Shown piece by piece: positions 10,306-20,632 of a DNA stretch of 64,000 nucleotides. The notes under the pieces are model-generated. The model did not search any database. It was given only the letters and a program-made list of their open reading frames with translations, and was not told the origin of the DNA. The stretch comes from Synechococcus sp. GTDB taxonomy: Bacteria > Cyanobacteriota > Cyanobacteriia > PCC-6307 > Cyanobiaceae. The position numbers were made by a program, and so were the translations under genes. Numbering within the stretch: position 1 is the stretch's first letter; every line of letters begins with the position of its first letter. The DNA lies in NCBI GenBank assembly GCA_047285535.1, contig JBJBDC010000001.1, forward strand, positions 672,136 to 736,135, in the 5' to 3' direction.

Positions 10306-12012
10306 TTGAAGGCTTTCGCTGAGCTCGTTGACACACTGGATCGCAGCAGCGGATCCAGTCGCAAAGTAGAGCTGCTGGCACAATATTTGAGAGAAATTCA
10401 ACCGGAGGATGGAGGTTGGGCTCTTGCACTGTTGCTTGACCAACGTCAGCGCCGTCTGATTACAGGTCGAAGGCTGCGTGACATTCTTCAGTCGAGCGTC
10501 GCCATTCCCAACTGGTTATTCGATGACTGCCACAGCCATGTAGGTGATTCCGCAGAAACGGTGAGCCTGCTCTGGCCACAGTTGAGCCAACAACTCACCA
10601 CTCCACCATCAATTCGTGATGAGCGACTCAGCCAACTGATCGCCTCCATTGATGAGAACCAACCACTGCATTGGTGGATGGAGATTCTGATGCCAGCTTT
10701 AGCGTCCAGCGAAGGAGACCTTCAGAACCAGGCAATGGCGTCAGTCTGGTTAGCCGTGCCTGAGCGCCGGCATTTTGTGCTCAACAAACTTCTGACTGGC
10801 GGATTCCGGATTGGTGTGGCAAGAGGTCTGGTCGTGAAAGCTATTGCGAAAGCCTTCTCTCTAGAGGAAACACAGGTCATCGAACGTCTGATGGGAGGCG
10901 TGGAACCCAAGGGCGACTGGTTCACCCAGCTCAAGGCTCCTCAAGCGGGAAAACGTCTGGATCGAGGAGCGATCCCTTACCCGTTTTTTCTTGCAAGCCC
11001 CTTACGAACGGATCAAGCGATGAAGCGTCCGCCAGAAGAATGGTGGATCGAATGGAAGTGGGATGGCATCCGAGGTCAGCTCATCAGACGGATGGATGGG
11101 GTCTATCTCTGGAGCCGCGGAGAAGAGCTGGTGAATGACAGTTTTCCAGAACTGATCGAAATGGCTGAAGACCTGCCGATCAACACAGTGCTTGATGGGG
11201 AAGTGCTCTGTTGGAAGCGAGATGATCAGCGCCCTCTTGCTTTTTCCAGCTTGCAACGCCGTCTAGGCAGGAAACGAGTGGGAGCAAGCCTCAAACAAGA
11301 GTGTCCGGTGCAATTCATGACCTATGACCTCCTGGAACATCAGGGTGAAGATCTGCGTTCCCAGCCTCTGCACCAACGTCTGCATCTCCTGGACAGTGTC
11401 TGTCAAACCTTGAATGGCAAAAACAACTGGCGGTTGAAACGCAGCAGCGGGCAAGCTCTGGTGAGCTGGGCGCAATTGGAACCTCTTCGAACAGCAGCCG
11501 GACAAGGAGGTGCCGAGGGGTTGATGATCAAGCATCTGCAATCGCCCTACCTTGCAGGCCGTAAAAGAGGTCACTGGTGGAAACACAAGTTGGATCCGAT
11601 GACCCTGGATGCGGTGTTGATCTACGCGCAAGCTGGCAGTGGCAGGCGCGCCAATCTGTTCACCGATTACACCTTTGCACTTTGGAACCGCTCCGCGCAG
11701 GATCCGGCAGACCATCATCTGGTGACGTTCGCCAAGGCCTATTCCGGCCTGAACGACGAGGAAATTCTTGTACTGGATCGCTGGATCAGACGCCACACTC
11801 GCGAACGGTTCGGACCCACCCGCATGGTGGATCCTGAACTGGTATTCGAGATCGGATTTGAAGGCATTCAACCCTCAAAGCGACATAAATGTGGGCTTGC
11901 TGTTCGGTTCCCCCGAATCTTGAATTGGCGTCATGATCGCTGCCCGGATAGTGCCGACAGCCTGAGCAGCGCCCAGGAATTACTGAGAATGGAGAACGAT
12001 GCGGTGCGATGA
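10306..12012 (+). CDS. ATP-dependent DNA ligase
   Basis: EWKWDGIR adenylation motif, LDGE, EGLMIK, WWKHK, VRFPR. Confidence 0.96.
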   Translation: MKAFAELVDTLDRSSGSSRKVELLAQYLREIQPEDGGWALALLLDQRQRRLITGRRLRDILQSSVAIPNWLFDDCHSHVGDSAETVSLLWPQLSQQLTTPPSIRDERLSQLIASIDENQPLHWWMEILMPALASSEGDLQNQAMASVWLAVPERRHFVLNKLLTGGFRIGVARGLVVKAIAKAFSLEETQVIERLMGGVEPKGDWFTQLKAPQAGKRLDRGAIPYPFFLASPLRTDQAMKRPPEEWWIEWKWDGIRGQLIRRMDGVYLWSRGEELVNDSFPELIEMAEDLPINTVLDGEVLCWKRDDQRPLAFSSLQRRLGRKRVGASLKQECPVQFMTYDLLEHQGEDLRSQPLHQRLHLLDSVCQTLNGKNNWRLKRSSGQALVSWAQLEPLRTAAGQGGAEGLMIKHLQSPYLAGRKRGHWWKHKLDPMTLDAVLIYAQAGSGRRANLFTDYTFALWNRSAQDPADHHLVTFAKAYSGLNDEEILVLDRWIRRHTRERFGPTRMVDPELVFEIGFEGIQPSKRHKCGLAVRFPRILNWRHDRCPDSADSLSSAQELLRMENDAVR

Positions 12013-14480
12013 ACACCTCGTCCACCCTGTTGACACCGATTCGCAACTGGTTCGGCTGTAAAGGCTGGACACCCCTGCCGTTTCAGGAACAAACCTGGAA
12101 AGCCCATCTCGGCGGACGCTCCGGACTGATTCAGGTCCCCACCGGCTCAGGCAAAACCTATGCCGCCACGATGGCTCCGATCGCCAGAATGCTGGACAGC
12201 AACCTCAAAGACAACAGTGCGCAGGGAATCCAGCTCCTGTACATCACACCCCTAAGGGCCCTGAGCCGAGACCTGGCTCTGGCCATTGAAGAGCCGATCG
12301 CAACCATGCAGTGGTCACTCAGGGTGGGGATCCGCAACGGTGACACAAGCACCATTGAGCGAAATCATCAAATCAAGTCGCCACCTCACATCCTCATCAC
12401 CACACCTGAATCCCTGTGCGTGTTACTTGCGGGCCGTCATGCTGAACGACTGTTTCAAGGACTCAAGACAGTCATTCTTGATGAATGGCATGAATTATTG
12501 GGAAGTAAACGGGGAACACAAACTGAACTGGCAGTCAGCTGGCTGCGACAGCAAAACCCACGAGTGCAGACCTGGGCGATCAGTGCCACGATCGGCAATC
12601 TGCAAACAGCGTCTTTCCATGCACACGGCCATCACACAGGCCAGGATCCACCGGTCTTAATTACAAGCGAAATAAACCGTTCTCTGGAGATAACCAGCAT
12701 CCTTCCCGACCCCATCGATGGCTTTCCCTGGGGCGGTCACCTTGGGCTTCGTCGCTATGAAGACTTGGTCGCAAAACTTGCTCCTGGAATCAGCACACTG
12801 CTGTTCACCAACACCCGCAACCAAGCCGAACGCTGGTATCAATGCCTGCGATACGCCTGTCCGGAAATGGATGGCATGCTCGCGCTGCACCACAGCTCCC
12901 TGGATCGACAGGAGCGGGAAGCGATTGAAGCCAGAGTGAAGAGCGGAGATCTGCAGTGGGTGGTCTGCACAAGCTCTCTCGATCTAGGTGTTGACTTTCA
13001 ACCTGTGGAAAGGGTGGTTCAGATTGGCTCTCCCAAAAACCTGGCCCGACTCCTGCAGAGAGCAGGACGTTCTGCTCACCTGCCTGCAGGACAGTCACAG
13101 ATGGTGTTCATGCCGACCAATGCGTTGGAGTTGCTTGAGCTCAGCGCAGTGCGCAGAGGACTGAACGAGGGTCTGGTTGAAGAGCGCCGACCACCCTTGA
13201 TGCCCCTGGATGTGCTGCTGCAACATCTGACGACCCTGGCCTGCGGACCTGGGTTTTTACCACAACAGGTTTTTGAGACTGTGCGCAGTACCGAAACCTA
13301 CAAAGGCCTCAGCGAGAGTGACTGGAACTGGTGTCTTCAGTTTCTAGAACAGGGTGGTACTTGCCTCGGGGCTTACGAGCGTTACAGAAAATTAGAAGCT
13401 GAGAAGGATGGTCGCCTCGTGGTTAAACAGAGTGCGATCGCAAGATTGCACAGGCTCAATATCGGCACGATTTCGTCGAATAATGCAATCAGGGTTCGGT
13501 TCATTCGAGGTGAAGTGATCGGGCATGTCGAAGAGATGTTCATCAGCCAATTGAAGCCAAAGGACGTCTTTTGCTTCGCCGGACGGCAACTGGAGTTCGT
13601 TCGACTTCGCGAGATGACCGCCTACGTCAAGACCAGTCAACGCAAAAGCAACACCGTTCCAGCATGGAGCGGAGGGCAAATGGCACTCTCAGATCTACTG
13701 ACGCAGCACCTAAGAGATGAAGTGGCCAGGGCGCACAACGGTGACTTGGATTCCCCGGAGCTGAAGGCACTGGAACCACTGTTACAAAGACAAAAAGATC
13801 TCTCTACCTTGCCGACAACTGACCAGCTTCTGATTGAAACCTGTCACACTAGGGAGGGTAGCCACCTTTATGTCTATCCGTTTGAAGGAAGATTTGTGCA
13901 TGAGGGATTAGGTTTTCTATTCGCAACACGTCTCACACGTTGTGAAAAAGGAACCATCACAGTATCAGTCAATGATTACGGATTTGAATTGCTAGGGCCG
14001 AGCAAGTATCCATTTGCAGAATTAATGAAAAAGCGAATGGAGGAACTCCTTTGTGTTCAACATTTAGAAGAAGATCTCGAGCAAGCACTGAATCTTTCCG
14101 AATTATGCAAACGAAGGTTTCGCAGTATTGCTCAAATCGCTGGACTTCTGGTAACAGGCTATCCCGGACAAAAAAAGAACACAGGACAACTGCAAATTAG
14201 CGGTTCATTGCTCTTTGATGTCTTCAGTCGACATGAACCAACCAATCGATTGCTGAGTCAAGCGCGTAACGAAGTACTCAATGAGCAGCTCGAGCTACCG
14301 CGCTTGAAGGCTGCGCTGGATCGAATGGGAAAAGCGGAGATAATCCACAGCGCCACTCCAAGACCTACACCACTGGCTTTTCCCTTACTTGTGGAAAGGT
14401 TGAATTCGAGAATGAGTAATGAATCACTCTTGGAGCGAATCAAGAGGATGCAAAGAGCAGCAATGCGACTGGAAGACTGA
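12009..14480 (+). CDS. Lhr-core type ligase-associated DEXH helicase
   Basis: PTGSGKT, DEWH, SATIGN, HHSSL, TSSLDLGVD and QRAGRS motifs; ATGA overlap with the ligase. Confidence 0.94.
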   Translation: MNTSSTLLTPIRNWFGCKGWTPLPFQEQTWKAHLGGRSGLIQVPTGSGKTYAATMAPIARMLDSNLKDNSAQGIQLLYITPLRALSRDLALAIEEPIATMQWSLRVGIRNGDTSTIERNHQIKSPPHILITTPESLCVLLAGRHAERLFQGLKTVILDEWHELLGSKRGTQTELAVSWLRQQNPRVQTWAISATIGNLQTASFHAHGHHTGQDPPVLITSEINRSLEITSILPDPIDGFPWGGHLGLRRYEDLVAKLAPGISTLLFTNTRNQAERWYQCLRYACPEMDGMLALHHSSLDRQEREAIEARVKSGDLQWVVCTSSLDLGVDFQPVERVVQIGSPKNLARLLQRAGRSAHLPAGQSQMVFMPTNALELLELSAVRRGLNEGLVEERRPPLMPLDVLLQHLTTLACGPGFLPQQVFETVRSTETYKGLSESDWNWCLQFLEQGGTCLGAYERYRKLEAEKDGRLVVKQSAIARLHRLNIGTISSNNAIRVRFIRGEVIGHVEEMFISQLKPKDVFCFAGRQLEFVRLREMTAYVKTSQRKSNTVPAWSGGQMALSDLLTQHLRDEVARAHNGDLDSPELKALEPLLQRQKDLSTLPTTDQLLIETCHTREGSHLYVYPFEGRFVHEGLGFLFATRLTRCEKGTITVSVNDYGFELLGPSKYPFAELMKKRMEELLCVQHLEEDLEQALNLSELCKRRFRSIAQIAGLLVTGYPGQKKNTGQLQISGSLLFDVFSRHEPTNRLLSQARNEVLNEQLELPRLKAALDRMGKAEIIHSATPRPTPLAFPLLVERLNSRMSNESLLERIKRMQRAAMRLED

Positions 14481-14803
14481 CGTACACAAAAAGAATAAGC
14501 AAATTACATAGCAAAACAAGAGAACGAAAACTAGGTGCCAAAAAATCAATATCAAGAACTCTCGTCTCTTGCATCAAGCAGTGACAGATCACCTAACATT
14601 AAAAACAAGAGAAACGACGAAGATTATTCGGTTTCTAGGGCGGACACAGCAGGTTCAATGGAGCTTAAAGAATAGAACGAACTACCAAAACAATGAACTC
14701 TCCGCACATTCATTCAGACACATGAGCAGTATCGAGGGTCAACCTCAATCAAAAACACCTAGAATGAAAAATAAGAAACGACACCCTAGATTTGCTCAAA
14801 ACC

Positions 14804-15286
14804 ATGAGGGAATTAGAAACGGTTGCGAACTACCCGCGACCACCGCGGATCGAGATGATCAATGGTCCGGTAATAGTGGAGATTGGAGAGGAAATCATTG
14901 CTGAGGATAATCAATACATCCGAGTATGTGAAACGTATCATCCACCGAGCATTTACATCAATCCAGAAGCATTTTATGACGGTACGTTGAAGATCGCAGT
15001 AGGACAATGCTCATTTTGCGAGTGGAAAGGAATAGCCTCCTATTGGGATCTAAGTAAAGCAGATGGTAGTGATCTGAGAAAACAAGCTGGATGGAGCTAC
15101 CCCAACCCATCAAAACAGTTTGAATCCCTTAGAAATTGGATCAGCCTTTATCCAGAGATGGTTGATTCCTGCAAAATCGAAGGCGAGTCTGTAAGGCCAC
15201 AGCCAGGAAGATTTTATGGAGGATGGATCACAAGTTGGATAGTCGGCCCGTTCAAGGGTGATCCAAACCATCCAGAGTTGGTCTAA
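14804..15286 (+). CDS. DUF427 domain protein
   Basis: YPRPPRIE, ETYHPP, FCEWKGIASYW, WSYPNP and FYGGWIT motifs. Confidence 0.85.
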   Translation: MRELETVANYPRPPRIEMINGPVIVEIGEEIIAEDNQYIRVCETYHPPSIYINPEAFYDGTLKIAVGQCSFCEWKGIASYWDLSKADGSDLRKQAGWSYPNPSKQFESLRNWISLYPEMVDSCKIEGESVRPQPGRFYGGWITSWIVGPFKGDPNHPELV

Positions 15287-15825
15287 TGAATCAAAGCGAT
15301 CAACTCATCAAACTATTACGGACAGATCCGAACAGTAAGACGATAGGAAATTTGATTTCGGAAGTTGAAAGCAACTCCAAGTTCGATTTGAAGACAGACT
15401 CACACCTGTTGAGAGGGGTCTGGGAACTGAGATGGAGTAGTTCAACCCAACCATGGCTGAAGCAGGGTCCATGGCTGGAAAACCTTCAGATCTTAGATCC
15501 ATTGAAGGGGCAAGGCATGAATGTGCTAAGAGTTCGAGGTCCAATGAAAGCCATTGCAGCAATAGCGGTAGAAGCAAAGCTGACAATTGTAGACAGCAAA
15601 CGAGTGAATGTAAAATTCATACGTGGAGGATGGCTAGGCCCATCAATGAATAACAAAGGAAGACTTAAATTACTTGTAAGGATAAATCAAACATATCCTG
15701 CGTGGTTAGATATCACCACAGCCAATGAAGAATTGCGAATCTGCCGTGGGAATGCAGGCACTCTTTTCTGCCTGCTAAAAAGACATGACTTAGACGTTAA
15801 AGATTGGATCAAAGACAAACCTTAG
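15286..15825 (+). CDS. PAP/fibrillin family protein
   Basis: LRGVWELRWSS, WLDIT and ELRICRGNAGTLF motifs; start overlaps the stop of the DUF427 gene. Confidence 0.85.
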   Translation: MNQSDQLIKLLRTDPNSKTIGNLISEVESNSKFDLKTDSHLLRGVWELRWSSSTQPWLKQGPWLENLQILDPLKGQGMNVLRVRGPMKAIAAIAVEAKLTIVDSKRVNVKFIRGGWLGPSMNNKGRLKLLVRINQTYPAWLDITTANEELRICRGNAGTLFCLLKRHDLDVKDWIKDKP

Positions 15826-16764
15826 CAGCAAAGCATGAATCCATAAAAGGCAAAGCGTCAATCCATTTTAGATCCAATGATGGTATTAAGGATAAAAGCC
15901 GATTCTGATCAACATCAGAGAGAGGATCGAGCCACGGGCGACGTCGGATTGAGTCACATTCTTAACCAAGGCAGACAAGGATGAATAACAAAGACATAGG
16001 AACTGTCTTATGGGCAGTTCCCAGAGGAAACGGTTGAGACAAGGAAAAAATGATAAAAGACGAAAGGAATCAGGAAAAACAGAGAGATAAAGCTGATCAA
16101 AGAAATAACGATTAAAATCAATATCATCAGGTACTGCTCAACGCTTAAAAGCCGTAAGCTTAGAAAGGATAATAATCAAGAAACAAATATTGCGGCACGT
16201 CGATAAGAAAGACAATGGTTTACTCGTTACAGTAGAAGTGAGATAGAAGGAATGTCTCAAGGTAGCACTTAGCCACTTCCTGGAAAGAGAGAGATCGACA
16301 GTGCAAAAGCCAGCAAAGACAAAACACAAGATGAAAAAATAGAATCAATAGTAAAAAACAAAAGTCACCAGATCAATCAACTCTAGGCATGACTTATTTA
16401 AAACATGGAAACCCATAATTGATCAAGCGAATGAAATTTAAAACTCAACGGGCAAAGGATGGTAAAACTCGAATATATTCGTGAAGCGCGAACCGAAGAG
16501 AAGAGGATTAAAAAACAATGACTAAATTAGATGGATAAAGAGATCGGGGGCCTTCCAGAGATGAAAATAGATTTACTCATAATTGAAAGTCAGTATTGTC
16601 GGCAGATCAGCACAAATGACGTCATAATGAAAAGCTGTGGATAGAAAAACTAATCGCAAAAGCATGAAATATCATAAGCAGCTCTAAATTGATATCATGA
16701 AAACAATCCAGTAAATACGCATACGTGCTTGATCTCAAACCGATAGCCTGAAACCATCTGATCG

Positions 16765-17130
16765 ATGGCTAGTATGCAGTCTGCCAGGATAAAGCGATTG
16801 ATTTTCCCTTATCTTGCCATTGGTGTCATTATTTCATTATTCTTCAAGCCATGCTTGAGCCTCTATCGATTCGTTTTGCATTGGGCAATTTTACTTATCT
16901 TGTCTCCGTGGATAGTTGGTAAAGCCTTGAGTGCTCGATGGGCAGAAGATGATTACGGAAATGGACCAAAGCTGATCGCATTTCCCATAGCGGTAGGTGG
17001 ATACTGGCTTTTATATGGATCCTATGTTCATCCAGAATATTCCTTATTTCCGCTATTTATTTACTACTTTGTTGCCTGGCCTGCGTTTCGACACAGCGAT
17101 GCATGGGAAAAACTGAACAGGCGTTCTTAA
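16765..17130 (+). CDS. Hypothetical membrane protein
   Basis: 121-aa ATG ORF with about 4 hydrophobic segments in an otherwise stop-rich AT-rich region. Confidence 0.6.
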   Translation: MASMQSARIKRLIFPYLAIGVIISLFFKPCLSLYRFVLHWAILLILSPWIVGKALSARWAEDDYGNGPKLIAFPIAVGGYWLLYGSYVHPEYSLFPLFIYYFVAWPAFRHSDAWEKLNRRS

Positions 17131-17319
17131 CAAGAGAACGGGTTGGCACTGAAAACACTTCAATGCAAAGCAATGATGGGCGACAGTTTCGAGAATCAGC
17201 CGATAGTAGAATGAATGTGGTCACAAACATGAAACGGACTCAGCAGTAACTAACTCTATAGATATAAAATGATGATTAAGTAATTTATGACGAGATGTAC
17301 AATGGTTAAAACAAATTCA

Positions 17320-18117
17320 CTACTCATTAATCAGTAACTGATAGGCTTGATTAAGTTGCTGGAATGCATCATCTGTTCCACCAACATCAGGATGGTGTTG
17401 TTTGACTAATCGTCGATAAGCATTTTTTATAGATGCCTGAGATGCACCCATCTCTAAACCAAGCACATGAAGGGCAAAAGAGCGTGTGCAGTCAGCATTT
17501 GCCTGATAGGAACGGTAGGACGATGTATAGCGATCAGATTCGTGTCGATCAGATCGAGTACGACGATTATGTCGCATGATTTGGAGTTGATTACATAAGT
17601 CATGAACGACTCTTTGAGGATCCTCGTCTAGCCATTCACAGGACCGAATGCCATAAAGAGCAAAGGATGCAAGGACAGCACATCGTTTTTTCGTGATGGG
17701 TCGGGATATAGCAGCAAATAAATCAGATCCAAGACCAGAAACCAAATGATCTAAACGATCCTGGAGATTGAGATGTGAATGAAAGCTCTTACGATTCAGA
17801 GAGTCAATCAAAGCCTCGAGTTCTCTAAGACGCAAGAGACTCCATCCTTTTTGGATGGCAAGTTGTTCACCCCAACGCTCAACTTGAACCAAGGTGACCT
17901 TGGGAACGGAGTGTCTAGGCTGATCAGACGAATTGGGGTGGTTCGATTGAGTATGGAGCTGCTGATGTTGACGAAGGAGAGCAAGTTGGCGTTTAAGTTC
18001 CTGAATTTCGAAACGCAGAGCCTCATTTTCGGCTAGAAGAGCATCCACGTTGCTTGTAACGTTATGACCTCTGTTCGTGGCTGAAGCAGAAGACCAGCTT
18101 CGAGGATCAAAGCCCAT
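17320..18117 (-). CDS. Protein with N-terminal coiled coil and C-terminal DnaJ domain
   Basis: C-terminal VLGL...IKNAYRRLVKQHHPD...FQQLNQAYQLL with HPD motif. Confidence 0.88.
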   Translation of the reverse strand: MGFDPRSWSSASATNRGHNVTSNVDALLAENEALRFEIQELKRQLALLRQHQQLHTQSNHPNSSDQPRHSVPKVTLVQVERWGEQLAIQKGWSLLRLRELEALIDSLNRKSFHSHLNLQDRLDHLVSGLGSDLFAAISRPITKKRCAVLASFALYGIRSCEWLDEDPQRVVHDLCNQLQIMRHNRRTRSDRHESDRYTSSYRSYQANADCTRSFALHVLGLEMGASQASIKNAYRRLVKQHHPDVGGTDDAFQQLNQAYQLLINE

Positions 18118-18425
18118 GAGCTAAGAAGCGAATCCTTTGCGTTAAACGCAGATCAATGGGGATTAGGCTATAGATTCGGATCATCAGTCAATGTTCAAAA
18201 ACAATAACCTCCTCAAGGATAGGAGATGAGAGGATCGCTGTTTATAGACTGGATGATTGCATGAAAAAGAAAAGGACGGGACTCATTGTGTTGCCATAAG
18301 GTATGTTATGAGTTCGTGAGTGAAAAGATCAAAAAGCGATAGTATAACAACACTTTTAATCAAATAGCATTGGCAGCAAACAAATCCCTAACACAAGAAA
18401 ACATCTATCTTGACAAATCAATCCC

Positions 18426-19148
18426 ATGAATATCATTCTGATCCAAAATGGAGATTTTATACCTCACACCAATAGAGTTGTGATTAATGACAAACGACTA
18501 ACACATATAAGGACTGTACTGAAAGCTGATACCGGCGATTCCTTAAAACTTGGCTTATGTGGAGGAAATCGGGGATACGGAATCATTACGACGATTGGGC
18601 AAGACGAAGTGATTTTGGATGTTGTCCTGAATGAAGCTCCACCATCTCGCCATTCATTTGACATTGTCTTGGCGTTGCCAAGACCCAAAATGCTGAGAAG
18701 AATCTTACGAACCGTTGCTGAGTTTGGAGTCAAGAATCTACATTTAATCAACAGTGCAAGAGTAGAAAAGAGTTATTGGCAAAGTCCACTACTGAGACCT
18801 GAAAAAATCAATGCCGCTCTTATTTCAGGGATGGAGAGATCCTGCGATACTCTAATTACAAATGTAGTTTTACATCAACGTTTCAGGCCATTTATTGAAG
18901 ATCAATTGCCAGAATTATGCAAAGATCGTCCTTGCTTGCTTGCAGACAAGAATGCTACTGTTTCTGTAACGGACAATGATGCACTATCGGCAGTAGTGAT
19001 GATTGGCCCTGAAGGTGGTTTTGTGCCGTTTGAGATCCAATTAGCCACCTCCTTAATTGCAAAACCTATCCATCTTGGTGAGCGAACGCTAAGTGTGGAT
19101 ACCGCGGTCACAACAGTTCTGGCTCAAGCTCTACCAACAAACAAATAG
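18426..19148 (+). CDS. rsmE: RsmE-family 16S rRNA (uracil-N3) methyltransferase
   Basis: LALPRPK, IGPEGGF and LGERTLSVDTA SPOUT motifs. Confidence 0.85.
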   Translation: MNIILIQNGDFIPHTNRVVINDKRLTHIRTVLKADTGDSLKLGLCGGNRGYGIITTIGQDEVILDVVLNEAPPSRHSFDIVLALPRPKMLRRILRTVAEFGVKNLHLINSARVEKSYWQSPLLRPEKINAALISGMERSCDTLITNVVLHQRFRPFIEDQLPELCKDRPCLLADKNATVSVTDNDALSAVVMIGPEGGFVPFEIQLATSLIAKPIHLGERTLSVDTAVTTVLAQALPTNK

Positions 19149-19330
19149 AAAGGACGTAGAAACCATGACGCGGGATGGAATCTTACAATTGAAGCCTGTA
19201 ATAACAGGAATCATTCAATACGTACTAATTAATAAAACCAAGGACGAACAATATTTCAAGGCTTGAGGATTAAGGATAGAATGTATTGAACTCAGTAATG
19301 CACTAGGACGTTCTATTTTCTAATCGCTAG

Positions 19331-19498
19331 TCAAAAATCATCTGTGGCCGATTGTAGTAGTTCAAGAAGTTCATGAAGTTCACTATTTGTGACCATCCAA
19401 TCACCATCCTGATCCTTGGTCACATGGGTTGATTTGAGCATCCATGCGTCCTCTAGCTTCAACAACTGGAAATGCTTTGATTTGTGATCTTGCATCAT
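19331..19498 (-). CDS. Small hypothetical protein (55 aa, below ORF-track cutoff)
   Basis: Manual translation: MMQDHKSKHFQLLKLEDAWMLKSTHVTKDQDGDWMVTNSELHELLELLQSATDDF. Confidence 0.45.
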   Translation of the reverse strand: MMQDHKSKHFQLLKLEDAWMLKSTHVTKDQDGDWMVTNSELHELLELLQSATDDF

Positions 19499-19871
19499 AT
19501 AAAAGGCACTGCCATTGTTATAGCCATGACAAGCCGAAGTCTCAACAGCGTTCCTTTAAGGTCTCGAACGACAAGCCCCACGCTCTTACAGATAAAGCCG
19601 TTATGCGATCGTGGCCATCAACAAGAGCTAAGCGCTCTACCAGATCATCAATCGGAACCTTGTGAAGCCTGTGGATACAACACTCAGGAATAAAAAGCCA
19701 ACACAGATGGACTCCTGTAGCAAAACTAGATGAAAGAACCTATCAGGCAGATCAGATGAAACAACATTGAGAGACTTGATCTGTGAGGGCACACAGACAA
19801 CAGATCAGGGCAGCAAAATTCAAAACGCAATCAAGCCTTGATGCAAACTATCTACAGAATCAAGAAGATCC

Positions 19872-20537
19872 TTGGCCACTTTTTTAGTCACCGGTGCAAA
19901 CAGAGGCATCGGTCTTGAGTTCTGTCGGCAGTTGCAGGTTCGCGGGGATCAGGTCGTTGCGGTATGTCGCCAATCATGCGCAGAACTGGAGGATCTTGAT
20001 GTTGAGATCAAACAAGGCATCGAACTGACGTCCCAAGACTCAATTAGGGATCTAGTGGATGACTTGGATGGTCGGCCACTTGATGGAGTTATCCTGAATG
20101 CTGGTACAGCTCAATCAATGAGCCTGGAGAATTTAGATCCCGAAGGAATTAGATACCAGTTTGAGGTGAATGCCTTGGCTCCGTTGATGTTGGCACAAGC
20201 CTTAGTACCGCAGATGCCTCAAGGGGCGAAGTTGGTATTGATTACAAGCCGCATGGGTTCGATTGACGACAATACATCAGGAGGCTCTTACGCCTATCGA
20301 ATGTCAAAAGTGGCTCTCAATATTGCCGGACGATCGTTGTCAATTGATCTCAAAGATCGAGGCATAGCCGTCGCAATCCTGCACCCAGGACTAGTACGTA
20401 CAAGAATGATCAAATTCAACCCAAGGGGCATCAGCCCAAAAAGCGCAGTGGAGGGACTTTTAAAACGGATTAACGAACTTAAATTAGAATCAAGCGGAAC
20501 ATTTTGGCATGCAAACGGCGAGACACTACCATGGTAA
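19872..20537 (+). CDS. Short-chain dehydrogenase/reductase (CsgA-like)
   Basis: TGANRGIG, LNAG, YAYRMSK and HPGLVRT motifs. Confidence 0.93.
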   Translation: MATFLVTGANRGIGLEFCRQLQVRGDQVVAVCRQSCAELEDLDVEIKQGIELTSQDSIRDLVDDLDGRPLDGVILNAGTAQSMSLENLDPEGIRYQFEVNALAPLMLAQALVPQMPQGAKLVLITSRMGSIDDNTSGGSYAYRMSKVALNIAGRSLSIDLKDRGIAVAILHPGLVRTRMIKFNPRGISPKSAVEGLLKRINELKLESSGTFWHANGETLPW

Positions 20538-20632
20538 TGAATCTAAATGACTCAATCTCATAAAAGTGAAAGTTCAAGAAAGAGAGTTTATGCTTCAACC
20601 CAAATACCATCACACAAAGTTGATCAAAGAGA

